63,671 nt of DNA, filler included, from Nemertoderma westbladi (GCA_032718475.1; 4 parts of 4 records of this genome joined end to end with filler, not necessarily neighbours in it), one strand, 5' to 3'. Numbered from the whole stretch's first letter, positions 1 to 14,216 are shown. The notes: a model not told the origin generated them from the letters alone. Numbers and translations: made by a program.

Positions 1-3000
1 GGTACTATACAAAGTAGTGTTTAAACGGTACTATACAAAGTAGTGTTTAAACGGTACTATACAAAGTAGTGTTTAAACGGTATTATACAAAGTAGTGTTT
101 AAACGGTACTACACAAAGTAGTGTTTAACGGTACTATACAAAGTAGTGTTTAAACGGTACTATACAAAGTAGTGTTTAACGGTACTATACAAAGTAGTGT
201 TTAAACGGTACTATACAAAGTAGGTTTAACGGTACTATACAAAGTAGTGTTTAACGGTACTATACAAAGTAGTGTTTAAACGGTACTATACAAAGTAGTG
301 TTTAAACGGTACTATACAAAGTAGTGTTTAAACGGTACTATACAAAGTAGTGTTTAAACGGTATCTATACAAAGTAGTGTTTAAACGGTACTATACAAAG
401 TAGTGTTTAAACGGTACTATACAAAGTAGTGTTTAAACGGTACTATACAAACAGTAGTGTTTAAACGGTACTATACAAAGTAGTGTTTAAACGGTACTAT
501 ACAAAGTAGTGTTTAAACGGTACTATACAAAGTAGTGTTTAAACGGTACTATACAAAGTAGTGTTTAAACGGTACTATACAAAGTAGTGTTTAAACGGTA
601 CTATACAAAGTAGTGTTTAAACGGTACTATACAAAGTAGTGTTTAAACGGTACTATACAAAGTAGTGTTTAAACGGTACTATACAAAGTAGTGTTTAAAC
701 GGTACTATACAAAGTAGTGTTTAAACGGTACTATACAAAGTAGTGTTTAAACGGTACTATACAAAGTAGTGTTTAAACGGTACTATACAAAGTAGTGTTT
801 AAACGGTACTATACAAAGTAGTGTTTAAACGGTACTATACAAAGTAGTGTTTAAACGGTACTATACAAAGTAGTGTTTAAACGGTACTATACAAAGTAGT
901 GTTTAAACGGTACTATACAAAGTAGTGTTTAAACGGTACTATACAAAGTAGTGTTTAAACGGTACTATACAAAGTAGTGTTTAAACGGTACTATACAAAG
1001 TAGTGTTTAAACGGTACTATACAAAGTAGTGTTTAAACGGTACTATACAAAGTAGTGTTTAAACGGTACTATACAAAGTAGTGTTTAAACGGTACTATAC
1101 AAAGTAGTGTTTAAACGGTACTATACAAAGTAGTGTTTAAACGGTACTATACAAAGTAGTGTTTAAACGGTACTATACAAAGTAGTGTTTAAACGGTACT
1201 ATACAAAGTAGTGTTTAAACGGTACTATACAAAGTAGTGTTTAAACGGTACTATACAAAGTAGTGTTTAAACGGTACTATACAAAGTAGTGTTTAAACGG
1301 TACTATACAAAGTAGTGTTTAACGGTACTATACAAAGTAGTGTTTAACGGTACTATACAAAGTAGTGTTTAAACGGTACTATACAAAGTAGTGTTTAACG
1401 GTACTATACAAAGTAGTGTTTAACGGTACTATACAAAGTAGTGTTTAACGGTACTATACAAAGTAGTGTTTAAACGGTACTATACAAAGTAGTGTTTAAA
1501 CGGTACTATACAAAGTAGTGTTTAAACGGTACTATACAAAGTAGTGTTTAACGGTACTATACAAAGTAGTGTTTAACGGTACTATACAAAGTAGTGTTTA
1601 AACGGTACTATACAAAGTAGTGTTTAACGGTACTATACAAAGTAGTGTTTAAACGGTACTATACAAAGTAGTGTTTAAACGGTACTATACAAAGTAGTGT
1701 TTAACGGTACTATACAAAGTAGTGTTTAACGGTACTATACAAAGTAGTGTTTAAACGGTACTATACAAAGTAGTGTTTAAACGGTACTATACAAAGTAGT
1801 GTTTAACGGTACTATACAAAGTAGTGTTTAACGGTACTATACAAAGTAGTGTTTAAACGGTACTATACAAAGTAGTGTTTAAACGGTACTATACAAAGTA
1901 GTGTTTAAACGGTACTATACAAAGTAGTGTTTAACGGTACTATACAAAGTAGTGTTTAACGGTACTATACAAAGTAGTGTTTAAACGGTACTATACAAAG
2001 TAGTGTTTAACGGTACTATACAAAGTAGTGTTTAACGGTACTATACAAAGTAGTGTTTAACGGTACTATACAAAGTAGTGTTTAACGGTACTATACAAAG
2101 TAGTGTTTAACGGTACTATACAAAGTAGTGTTTAACGGTACTATACAAAGTAGTGTTTAACGGTACTATACAAAGTAGTGTTTAAACGGTACTATACAAA
2201 GTAGTGTTTAAACGGTACTATACAAAGTAGTGTTTAAACGGTACTATACAAAGTAGTGTTTAACGGTACTATACAAAGTAGTGTTTAACGGTACTATACA
2301 AAGTAGTGTTTAAACGGTACTATACAAAGTAGTGTTTAACGGTACTATACAAAGTAGTGTTTAACGGTACTATACAAAGTAGTGTTTAACGGTACTATAC
2401 AAAGTAGTGTTTAAACGGTACTATACAAAGTAGTGTTTAAACGGTACTATACAAAGTAGTGTTTAAACGGTACTATACAAAGTAGTGTTTAAACGGTACT
2501 ATACAAAGTAGTGTTTAACGGTACTATACAAAGTAGTGTTTAACGGTACTATACAAAGTAGTGTTTAACGGTACTATACAAAGTAGTGTTTAAACGGTAC
2601 TATACAAAGTAGTGTTTAAACGGTACTATACAAAGTAGTGTTTAAACGGTACTATACAAAGTAGTGTTTAACGGTACTATACAAAGTAGTGTTTAACGGT
2701 ACTATACAAAGTAGTGTTTAAACGGTACTATACAAAGTAGTGTTTAACGGTACTATACAAAGTAGTGTTTAACGGTACTATACAAAGTAGTGTTTAACGG
2801 TACTATACAAAGTAGTGTTTAAACGGTACTATACAAAGTAGTGTTTAACGGTACTATACAAAGTAGTGTTTAACGGTACTATACAAAGTAGTGTTTAACG
2901 GTACTATACAAAGTAGTGTTTAACGGTACTATACAAAGTAGTGTTTAAACGGTACTATACAAAGTAGTGTTTAAACGGTACTATACAAAGTAGTGTTTAA

Positions 3001-3486
3001 CGGTACTATACAAAGTAGTGTTTAAACGGTACTATACAAAGTAGTGTTTAACGGTACTATACAAAGTAGTGTTTAAACGGTACTATACAAAGTAGTGTTT
3101 AACGGTACTATACAAAGTAGTGTTTAACGGTACTATACAAAGTAGTGTTTAACGGTACTATACAAAGTAGTGTTTAACGGTACTATACAAAGTAGTGTTT
3201 AACGGTACTATACAAAGTAGTGTTTAAACGGTACTATACAAAGTAGTGTTTAAACGGTACTATACAAAGTAGTGTTTAACGGTAGTATACAAAGTAGTGT
3301 TTAAACGGTACTATACAAAGTAGCGTTTAAACGGTACTATACAAAGTAGAGTTTAAACGGTATTATTCAAAGTAGTGTTTAACGGTACTATACAAAGTAG
3401 TGTTTAACGTTACTATACAAAGTAGTGTTTAAACGGTACTATACAAAGTAGTGTTTAAACGGTACTATTCAAAGTAGTGTTTAAAC
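1..3486. repeat. Tandem satellite, 26-bp unit GGTACTATACAAAGTAGTGTTTAAAC (25-bp GTTTAAC variant common)
   Basis: Near-perfect head-to-tail copies running off the window start; degenerate copies only in the last ~200 bp. Confidence 0.98.
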
Positions 3487-3962
3487 ATGATCCGGATTGC
3501 AACTCTCGGGATCCCAATTTTCTTGATCGGGATTTCATATTTTAATACAAATTCCTTAAAGTTTTCAATATATGTGAGCAGGGATGGCATAAAGAAACGA
3601 AACGAAAGAAATTTCGATTTTGTTTCGAGAGACTAATAGATGTCATGGAAAAATTATAATTTATGCTTTATTGTATATCTATCAAGTTTAACTATAAATA
3701 AATTAATCATTGAATTGATTGTAATCCATTTCATATTCTTTAACGTTTGTGTTAATTACGAGTTAAAAACTTTGAACTGATGAAAGACAATAATTTATAA
3801 CTATTATCATATTAAATGTAATAGACCCAAAGTTATTCAACCAACGGATATGTAATATATATAACAATTTAGATGCCCTTCAATTTGCCAAGGGGGGAGC
3901 CGCTAGAAGGATCAGTTAAACAACGGTTACAGCAGTGGGCCGATCCCAATGGACTGAATCCT

Positions 3963-6900
3963 CCAACCAGATTCACAGGTGAGTTAACCAGGTTCAGGTA
4001 AACCACCTACCATGTTCAGTTGAACCACCAACTAGGTTCAGTTGAACCACCAACCAGGTTCAGTTGAACCACCAACTAGGTTCAGTTGAACCACCAATCA
4101 GGTTCAGTTGAACCACCAACCAGGTTCAGTTGAACCACCAACGAGGTTCAGTTGAACCACCAACCAGGGTCAGTTGAACCACCAACCAGGTTCAGTTGAA
4201 CCACCAACCAGGTTCAGTTTAAACACCAACCAGATTCAGTTGAACCACCAACTAGGTTCAGTTGAACCACCAACTAGGTTCAGTTGAACCACCAACCAGG
4301 TTCAGTTGAACCACCAACCAGGTTCAGTTGAACCACCAACTAGGTTCAGTTGAACCACCAACCAGGTTCAGTTGAACCACCAACTAGGTTCAGTTGAACC
4401 ACCAACCAAGATCAGTTGAACCACCAATCAGGTTCAGTTGAACCACCAACCAGGTTCAGTTGAACCACCAACGAGGTTCAGTTGAACCACCAACTAGGTT
4501 CAGTAGAACCGCCAACTAGGTTCAGTTGAACCACCAACTAGGTTCAGTTGAACCACCAACCAGGTTCAGTTGAACCACCAACCAGGTTCAGTTCAACCAC
4601 CAACTAGGTTCAGTTGAACCACCAACTAGGTTCAGTTGAACCACCAACTAGGTTCAGTAGAACCGCCAACTAGGTTTAGTTGAACCACCAACCAGGTTCA
4701 GTTGAACCACCAACCAGGTTCAGTTTAAACACCAACCAGGTTCAGTTGAACCACCAACTAGGTTCAGTTGAACCACCAACTAGGTTCAGTAGAACCGCCA
4801 ACTAGGTTCAGTTGAACCACCAACTAGGTTCAGTTTAACCACCAACCAGGTTCAGTTTAACCACCAACTAGGTTCAGTTGAACCACCAACCAGGTTCAGT
4901 TTAACCACCAACCAGGTTCAGTTGAACCACCAACTAGGTTCAGTTGAACCACCAACCAGGTTCAGTTTAACCACCAACTAGGTTCAGTTGAACCACCAAC
5001 TAGGTTCAGTAGAAACTCCAACCAGGTTCAGTTGAACCACCATCCAGGTTCAGTTTAACCACCAACCAGGTTCAGTTGAACCACCAACTAGGTTCAGTTG
5101 AACCACCAACCAGGTTCAGTTGAACCACCAACTAGGTTCAGTAGAACCACCAACTAGGTTCAGTTGAACCACCAACCAGGTTCAGTTTAACCACCAACCA
5201 GGTTCAGTTTAACCACCAACTAGGTTCAGTTGAACCACCAACTAGGTTCAGTAGAAACTCCAACCAGGTTCAGTTGAACCACCATCCAGGTTCAGTTTAA
5301 CCACCAACCAGGTTCAGTTGAACCACCAACTAGGTTCAGTTGAACCACCAACCAGGTTCAGTTGAACCACCAACTAGGTTCAGTAGAACCACCAACTAGG
5401 TTCAGTTGAACCACCAACCAGGTTCAGTTTAACCACCAACCAGGTTCAGTTTAACCACCAACTAGGTTCAGTTGAACCACCAACCAGGTTCAGTTGAACC
5501 ACCAACTAGGTTCAGTTGAACCACCATCCAGGTTCAGTTTAACCACCAACCAGGTTCAGTAGAACCACCAACTAGGTTCAGTTGAACCACCAAACAGGTT
5601 CAATTGAACCACCAACTAGGTTCAGTTGAACCACCAACTAGGTTCAGTTGAACCACCAACCAGGTTCAGTTTAACCACCAACCAGGTTCAGTAGAACCAC
5701 CAACCAGGTTCAGTTTAACCACCAACCAGGTTCAGTAGAACCACCAACTAGGTTCAGTTGAACCATCAACTAGGTTCAGTTTAACCACCAACCAGGTTCA
5801 GTTTAACCACCAACCAGGTTCAGTTGAACCACCAACCAGGTTCAGTTGAACCACCAACCAGGTTCAGTTGAACCACCAACCAGGTTCAGTTGAACCACCA
5901 ACCAGGTTCAGTTTAACCACCAACCAGGTTCAGTTGAACCACCAACTAGGTTCAGTTGAACCACCAAACAGGTTCAATTGAACCACCAACTAGGTTCAGT
6001 TGAACCACCAACTAGGTTCAGGTGAACCACCAACCAGGTTCAGTTTAACCACCAACTAGGTTCAGTAGAACCACCAACTAGGTTCAGTTGAACCACCAAC
6101 TAGGTTCAGTTGAACCACCAGCCAGGTTCAGTTGAACCACCAACCAGGTTCAGTTTAACCACCAACTAGGTTCAGTTGAACCACCAACTAGGTTCAGTTG
6201 AACCACCAACTAGGTTCAGTAGAACCACCAACTAGGTTCAGTTGAACCACCAACTAGGTTCAGTTGAACCACCAACTAGGTTCAGTTGAACCACCAACTA
6301 GGTTCAGTTGAACCACCAACTAGGTTCAGTAGAACCACCAACTAGGTTCAGTTTAACCACCAACTAGGTTCAGTTTAACCACCAACTAGGTTCAGTTGAA
6401 CCACCAACTAGGTTCAGTTTAACCACCAACCAGGTTCAGTTGAACCACCAACTAGGTTCAGTAGAACCACCAACTAGGTTCAGTTGAACCACCAACTAGG
6501 TTCAGTTTAACCACCAACCAGGTTCAGTAGAACCACCAACTAGGTTCAGTTGAACCACCAACCAGGTTCAGTTGAACCACCAGCCAGGTTCAGTTTAACC
6601 ACCAACCAGGATCAGTTTAACCACCAACCAGGTTCAGTTGAACCACCAACTAGGTTCAGTTGAACCACCAAACAGGTTCAATTGAACCACCAACTAGGTT
6701 CAGTTGAACCACCAACTAGGTTTAGTTGAACCACCAATCAGGTTCAGTTTAACCACCAACCAGGTTCAGTAGAACCACCAACTAGGTTCAGTTGAACCAC
6801 CAACCAGGTTCAGTTGAACCACCAGCCAGGTTCAGTTTAACCACCAACCAGGATCAGTTTAAACACCAACCAGGTTCAGTTGAACCACCAACTAGGTTCA

Positions 6901-9075
6901 GTTGAACCACCAACCAGGTTCAGTAGAACCACCAACTAGGTTCAGTTGAACCACCAACCAGGTTCAGTTGAACCACCAACCAGGTTCAGTTTAACCACCA
7001 ACCAGGTTCAGTAGAACCACCAACTAGGTTCAGTTGAACCACCAACCAGGTTCATTTGAACCACCAACCAGGTTCAGTTGAACCACCAACCAGGTTTAGT
7101 TTAACCACCAACTAGGTTCAGTTGAACCACCAACTAGGTTCAGTTTAACCACCAACCAGGTTCAGTTTAACCACCAACTAGGTTCAGTTGAACCACCAAC
7201 TAGGTTCAGTTTAACCACCAACCAGGTTCAGTTGAACCACCAACTAGGTTCAGTAGAACCACCAACTAGGTTCAGTTGAACCACCAAACAGGTTCAATTG
7301 AACCACCAACTAGGTTCAGTTGAACCACCAACTAGGTTCAGTTGAACCACCAACCAGGTTCAGTTTAACCACCAACCAGGTTCAGTTTAACCACCAACTA
7401 GGTTCAGTTGAACCACCAACCAGGTTCAGTTTAACCACCAACTAGGTTCAGTTGAACCACCAACCAGGTTCAGTTGAACCACCAACCAGGTTCAGTTGAA
7501 CCACCAACTAGGTTCAGTTTAACCACCAACCAGGTTCAGTTGAACCACCAACTAGGTTCAGTAGAACCACCAACTAGGTTCAGTTGAACCACCAACTAGG
7601 TTCAGTTGAACCACCAACTAGGTTCAGTAGAACCACCAACTAGGTTCAGGTGAACCACCAACTAGGTTCAGTTGAACCACCAACTAGGTTCAGTAGAACC
7701 ACCAACCAGGTTCAGTTTAACCACCAACTAGGTTCAATAGAACCGCCAACTAGGTTCAGTTGAACCACCAACTAGGTTCAATAGAACCACCAACCAGGTT
7801 CAGTTGAACCACCAACTAGGTTCAGTTGAACCACCAACTAGGTTCAATAGAACCACCAACTAGGTTCAGTTGAACCACCAACCAGGTTCAGTTGAACCAC
7901 CAACTAGGTTCAGTTGAACCACCAACTAGGTTCAGTTGAACCACCAACCAGGTTCAGTTGAACCACCAACTAGGTTCAGTTGAACCACCAACTAGGTTCA
8001 ATAGAACCGCCAACTAGGTTCAGTTGAACCACCAACTAGGTTCAGTTGAACCACCAACTAGGTTCAGTAGAACCACCAACCAGGTTCAGTTTAACCACCA
8101 ACTAGGTTCAATAGAACCACCAACTAGGTTCAGTTGAACCACCAACCAGGTTCAGTTGAACCACCAACTAGGTTCAGTTGAACCACCAACTAGGTTCAGT
8201 TGAACCACCAACCAGGTTCAGTTGAACCACCAACTAGGTTCAGTTGAACCACCAACTAGGTTCAATAGAACCGCCAACTAGGTTCAGTTGAACCACCAAC
8301 TAGGTTCAGTTGAACCACCAACTAGGTTCAGTAGAACCACCAACCAGGTTCAGTTTAACCACCAACTAGGTTCAATAGAACCATCAACTAGGTTCAGTTG
8401 AACCACCAACTAGGTTCAATAGAACCACCAACTAGGTTCAGGTGAACCACCAACTAGGTTCAGTTGAACCACCAACTAGGTTCAGTAGAACCACCAACCA
8501 GGTTCAGTTTAACCACCAACTAGGTTCAATAGAACCGCCAACTAGGTTCAGTTGCACCAACAACTAGGTTCAGTTGAACCGCCAACTAGGTTCAGTTGAA
8601 CCACCAACTAGGTTCAGTTTAACCACCAACCAGGTTCAGTTGAACCACCAACTAGGTTCAATAGAACCGCCAACTAGGTTCAGTTGCACCAACAACTAGG
8701 TTCAGTTGAACCACCAACTAGTTTCAGTTGAACCACCAACCAGGTTCAGTTTAACCACCAACCAGGTTCAGTAGAACCACCAACTAGGTTCAGTTGAACC
8801 ACCAACCAGGTTCAGTAGAACCACCAACTAGGTTCAGTTGAACCATCAACTAGGTTCAGTAGAACCACCATCTAGGTTCAGTTGAACCACCAACTAGGTT
8901 CAGTAGAACCACCATCTAGGTTCAGTTGAACCACCAACTAGGTTCAGTAGAACCACCAACTAGGTTCAGTTGAATCACCAACTAGGTTCAGTAGAACCAC
9001 CAACTAGGTTCAGTTGAACCACCAACTAGGTTCAGTAGAACCACCATCTAGGTTTGCTAGTAAATCAACTAGATT
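3963..9075. repeat. Tandem satellite, 22-bp unit GGTTCAGTTGAACCACCAACYA
   Basis: About 5.1 kb of copies with recurring variants (GTAGAACC, GTTTAACC, AACTAGG/AACCAGG) and degenerate edges. Confidence 0.98.
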
Positions 9076-9481
9076 AACTATTGGAAATTGATGAATAATA
9101 ACATATTATTGCCGTTAACGCCAAAATTTGACTTTTCTCTTTAATCACAAATATTTATTTACAACGGAAGAAAATAATTATACTAAATATACTGTATGTA
9201 GGCCTAAATTATTAAACATACTTTTAGACACGCAAACGAAATAATTTAAATGAATAAATAATTTATTACAGTTTCCTGTGCGATAAATACCGATGAATGC
9301 CGGAACAGTTTTACCGTGCTTCAGACATGTAATAATGTAGTAATGAATTTATTTATTTAACTATAAAATAAATTCAAAACTACGATGTTATTTTATTTAT
9401 CTATTAGTTATAATCATATAAATAATGTGCAACTTATAGAATATATTCAGTGGAAATTTTATCATGAAGACATTTTATTAA

Positions 9482-10037
9482 CTCTTTGCGTACCGACTCT
9501 TAAAAAAGGCGGCACACTTACACCCTTTTCATTCTAAATAATTCAGGACCATGCTCATAATGGCGGCAGATTTCCGCCTTTACATATATTATCCTAACCC
9601 CCTGGGCGGCATGGTGCCGCCTTTATTTATAACCTCTTATAACTTTCTTATAATTATTGGGACCGAAAAGTGGAGTTCATATTCGTGTTGGGCAGGAAAA
9701 CGGGTCTAGAAAAGTTAATTTGATATTTGTTCGATATTTGTTAATTATTTATTTGATAAGGGTTTTTTAATATTACATTTTCTAATAATTTTGTTACAAA
9801 AAATTAAGGCGGCAGTTTGCCGCCTGGGGTTCAAATGAAAGATTAAACAATTGCGAAAATGGGTAAAGGCGGCAGTGTGCCGCCGTTTAGGGTAGGATAA
9901 GCAATAATATGGTTATTCCCTTTATACAGTATAAAAATCTCTGATACGACAAGAAAATAAACCTTGGTCCGATCAAATATATTTTCTTGGTCCTTGGAAA
10001 TCAATATTTATGTAATTTATCTTTGGTACGCAAAGGG
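9482..10037. mobile_element. Non-autonomous piggyBac-like MITE
   Basis: TTAA at 9478-9481 and 10038-10041; 13-bp TIRs CTCTTTGCGTACC / GGTACGCAAAGGG (1 mismatch); internal GGCGGCA..TGCCGCC palindromic motifs; no ORF. Confidence 0.8.
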
Positions 10038-10845
10038 TTAATGTGATCCAATTTCAAACACAGAAGAAAAAGAGTGATACAACAGAAATTGAACGACCGT
10101 AGACTAACTTTATTGTAATAAATTAATAACAGCTATTAACAATCCGAGCGTTTACACCTTGCCATAAATGCGGGGGCTAGGGGGAGGGGGGGGGGGGGGG
10201 GGGGGGGGGGGGTGGTACCGCGTTAGGAAATTTTGATTTCTTTCATTTAAGGTTTGGAGGTATTTAGGATTGAAAATTCATTAATTGTATTCTATCGAAA
10301 TTAAATTAATAACAAACAGTAAGTAGATGTGCATGTTACAGAGATAGACTCCCACAACCCACCCGCCCCAACCACCCACTCACTCACCCCTCTCTAAATC
10401 AAGACGACATATTTTACCTGTATTATGTGTAAGTATTTAATGCACCAGAGATTGAATAAGCACAACGTAGAATACTAAAAAATAGAGATTGTGATATGTT
10501 GAACTTGAGAACCACCCACTCTTTGCCTTGCAAAACTCATGTGTAAATATATAATAATATATTTCTGCCCCCAGGGCGATCACAGAACATCAATCGAAAC
10601 ACTAATGTCACCATCCGGCACCTTCTCCAGTATGCTGGTGTTATTAGTTTTTGGGTTTCGGTGCTCAGATGACGGCTCTAGGGGTTCAAATATATTAGTA
10701 GATCTTTACTTATGTGTTTTGTAAGGAAAAAGGGGGTGGTTGCGAAGTTCGACATATCACAAACTTTAAATCAACATCTCTAAAGTTGGCCTGACGCTGC
10801 CCGTATTTAATGAACACTATAAAATACAAACTCGAAATAAGGTAG

Positions 10846-12342
10846 TTAATCGTTGGTTTTTATCTGCTTTCTTGCGTCAACCATATCTCTTCCCCTCGTC
10901 TCTATAGGAAGTAGATACGCAGCTATAGATGCTAGAAAGGCGACACCTGTATACAACCCGACAGACATATATATGCTCTTCTCCAAGGCGACCTGAGCAA
11001 CGAAGGGTGTAATGATAGATCCCAAACGTCCAGCCCCAGAACACAACCCAATGCCAAGACCACGGACCGTGGTGGGGTAGATCTCGGGTGTGTACACATA
11101 TATCGCTTGGAAGCTACCAGATATTACAGCTCGAGCGCAAAAAAGTAACAGCACCACCACCCGCCGAGGAGCACAAATGAGTAAAAATGAAACAAAAGTC
11201 GCAAATAGAGTCAGTTCTGTTGCTATAGTCAACTTCCGCCCGATCAAATCAATGATTAGAACTGTTAGCAACAGGCCCGGGAACTCGGCTACTGAGGTCC
11301 AAAGCATGTCTACATAATCACCGCTTTTAAGTAAATGACAGTCCGTAAAACACGACGATTCCCGTTGGTCTTCTAGACTACTTTCGGTTAAGCATTTCAT
11401 TTCAGATACTTGGAATAGTTCAGTGGTTAGAAGGACAATTCCGTAATAGCAAAATGTATTGGCCATCCAGATAAATAAAAGTAACGATGTTGTTAAAATG
11501 TATTCTTTTGAAAACAAGTCCAACATTTTCCCCCGTTTAGTCTCAAGTTTGTATTCTAATTTACCTTTTGGCATTGGCTTTTTGTTATCTTTAGCTATGC
11601 GTTCCAGTGTAGCGATTGCTCGCTGCCTTCTTCCGGAAAGTATATCAAAACGAGGACTTTCTGGGAGCCAGTAAACGAATAACGAAAATATACCTATCGG
11701 AATGGAACATATTCCCAATAAATATGGCCAGCCAACTGTGGGCATCACTAGAAGACCAACTAATGCGGCTAGGCAAGATCCGGCGGCCCAAAAGACTTCA
11801 ATGAAAATGATCCCTCGAGCTCTAGATGTTTTTGGAAGGAATTCTGAATAAAGTGTTATAGCCTGTGGTGCACCGCCAATGCCAAATCCTACCATTGCTC
11901 GAAGCAACAAAATCCAAACGTAACTTGGAGAAAAAGAACTCAAAAATCCAAAGTAGAAAGTAACTAAAGAACTTAGTAAAAGTCCAACACGACGACCACT
12001 TCTGTCGCAAACATATCCCCATAATGATGAAGATGACATCATCCCAATGAACACAACAGTGGTAATCAATGCTTCCTGCCACGACATTAGCCGCCATTTA
12101 CACAAGAGCTCCGGCGCTATTATACTAAGTATCATCATTTCCATGGCATCAGCAGCCGAGTGTAGTCCCGTAAGAAGGAAGACTTTGATTTGGAAAGGTC
12201 CGAATCCCATCTGGTCTACCGCCTGTTCGACTGTGTAGAATTCCTCACTACCAGAATTCCCGTAGTCATCTCTATCAGCTTTTATCCCATTATAGGTTTT
12301 CGTTAGAGGAATTCCATCATTAGAGGTTGTACTTTCAGTCAT
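10846..12342 (-). CDS. SVOP: SV2-related MFS transporter (SVOP-like), single coding exon, ~498 aa
   Basis: Uninterrupted ORF from ATG at 12342 (the ORF track starts at an upstream non-ATG codon); motifs YTVEQAVDQMGFGPFQ, ADAMEMMILS, DRSGRR, LPESPRF, YVYTPEIYPTTVRGLG, LPIETRGR; multiple hydrophobic TM stretches. Confidence 0.9.
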   Translation of the reverse strand: MTESTTSNDGIPLTKTYNGIKADRDDYGNSGSEEFYTVEQAVDQMGFGPFQIKVFLLTGLHSAADAMEMMILSIIAPELLCKWRLMSWQEALITTVVFIGMMSSSSLWGYVCDRSGRRVGLLLSSLVTFYFGFLSSFSPSYVWILLLRAMVGFGIGGAPQAITLYSEFLPKTSRARGIIFIEVFWAAGSCLAALVGLLVMPTVGWPYLLGICSIPIGIFSLFVYWLPESPRFDILSGRRQRAIATLERIAKDNKKPMPKGKLEYKLETKRGKMLDLFSKEYILTTSLLLFIWMANTFCYYGIVLLTTELFQVSEMKCLTESSLEDQRESSCFTDCHLLKSGDYVDMLWTSVAEFPGLLLTVLIIDLIGRKLTIATELTLFATFVSFLLICAPRRVVVLLLFCARAVISGSFQAIYVYTPEIYPTTVRGLGIGLCSGAGRLGSIITPFVAQVALEKSIYMSVGLYTGVAFLASIAAYLLPIETRGRDMVDARKQIKTND

Positions 12343-14216
12343 TGTACTGTTCAATTCAATAATTATTTCGTTGACTATCTTTATTTAACTAATTTCGTTT
12401 TTATAACCCGAAAACGCGGAAGCATGATAGGGCCTACTCAGAAATCGAGACCCTGAGTCGAATGTTGAAAAGTCACTGCGCCCAACTTGAGTTCAAATTG
12501 TTATGGCCTTTACTTACATTCTTGTTATAATAAAAATTGAAAACAGCCAGCAAACGTTGCATTCGCGGACTACTAAAAGCGCAAACTATAATTTGATTTT
12601 GAAAAACAGTATTATTATATAAATAAATTATGTAACGAATAAACAAATGTCACTGCAGGATCTAACATATATATATATACAATGCATTACGTGGTAAATA
12701 ATATACTCTGCTGTCTCAGCTATAGCATATATAGCAGCAGGCTAGTGATGTTAATCTTTTCTTAGCTCAAATACCATCTGTGCAGTGCAAAGAAAATGAA
12801 TGAAGCAATGCGTCGACTATAATCTATGAAGGAATTTACTTGGGAGTGATACAGTGTGTACTTCAGTACAACATATACAGTACAGCAGTTAGATTGGCAG
12901 ATTTCTATATGATTGGAGTTGTCAGGCCCCCTTTTACTGATATGGTCCTACTCTTATTCTTTCAATAATTTCAAAAATTGTATAATGTGAGTGCTGGGTT
13001 GTGTGGGTGCCACCGAGAATACTTTGCTCAAAACATTTATAGATCTCAGTGAATTGATTTATCATTTAGTTGGTTTATTTTATTATTATTTATGTAACTC
13101 GTGATAATTTAACAGTGGAGTATTTAAGTTTTGGTTGAGGTGTAGGATATTAGCTAGGGAGCATCTCTGCCTTGTATCCTAAATGGTAGCTAAATGTGTA
13201 CTGGAGTTTCATCTGGGGAGTATAGTTCTGGGGGTACTGCACTGGGAATAAGTCGTCACACTTTGTTAAGGCCTAGTTAACTTATGAGGGTGTGGGGGGG
13301 GGGGGGGGGGCTATGAATATGCATGTGGGGTGTAGGTAAAGCAAATGGAGAGGAAATCTATATGTTACACTCTTATGTTCCTATACTGTAGCTCCTAATA
13401 GGAATTAATTGTGTAAGGCAATGTCTATATTAAGGAACATAACGCGAGCGCAACGAGCGGAAACTTTTTAAGTTGAGATTTTGCACATTTGAATCGCCCT
13501 TTTTAATCAATAATACTTGGATAAAACTAATGATTTTACATTAACAGGGGCTGCAGTAATATCTCTATTTAATACCTTTGCTGTAATGCCCCCTAGAAAT
13601 TTGCTAGAGGTTAATGGGCTCGTTGTTCGAAAGCTCCTAAACAATGACGTAGGTCGGTGATATTTCTTAAATTTGTTACTTACTTCGGTCTGCCAATGCC
13701 ACTGTTAATGACTAGCAGGGTTGTTGTATAAAAATACAAAATAACTATTAAAGTACAGCATCACCATCTTTCTCTCCAGTAACCAATTCCAACATTAATT
13801 TTATAAAATTAAAGTTAACAATTAGGTGTAATTCAATAGAACTTTGTTATATTTTCAGTCCAGTCCATGGCGGGATATTAGTGTTAAAATTCCATTGGAT
13901 TGTAGGCCATGACAATGTTTAGAAAATAGCGACAGCTGTAAAAAAAACAATAAATGAAATAGTGAATTCAAAATCGATATTTACAGAGTGGATGACGAAC
14001 TAGTGAGGGAATGATGCCTGTTGACGCGGAAATTGTTATTATTAAAAAAAAACAATAATGCTGTAGGAGTAAATAGTAGTTATAAGGAAAGGATACAAGC
14101 CGGATTTATATTGTATTGTACAATATTATAAGTCCATGTGGTCCTAATAGTCTGGCGGTATCTGTCGTTTCTACACACTGAACCTTACAAGGGGGTAAAG
14201 AGTAAATGTTTTTGGT

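Noticed and set aside
1-9075. CRISPR arrays or telomeric repeats
   Set aside because: Units are head-to-tail without unique spacers, there are no cas genes, the context is eukaryotic, and the units are not TTAGGG/TTAGG-like.
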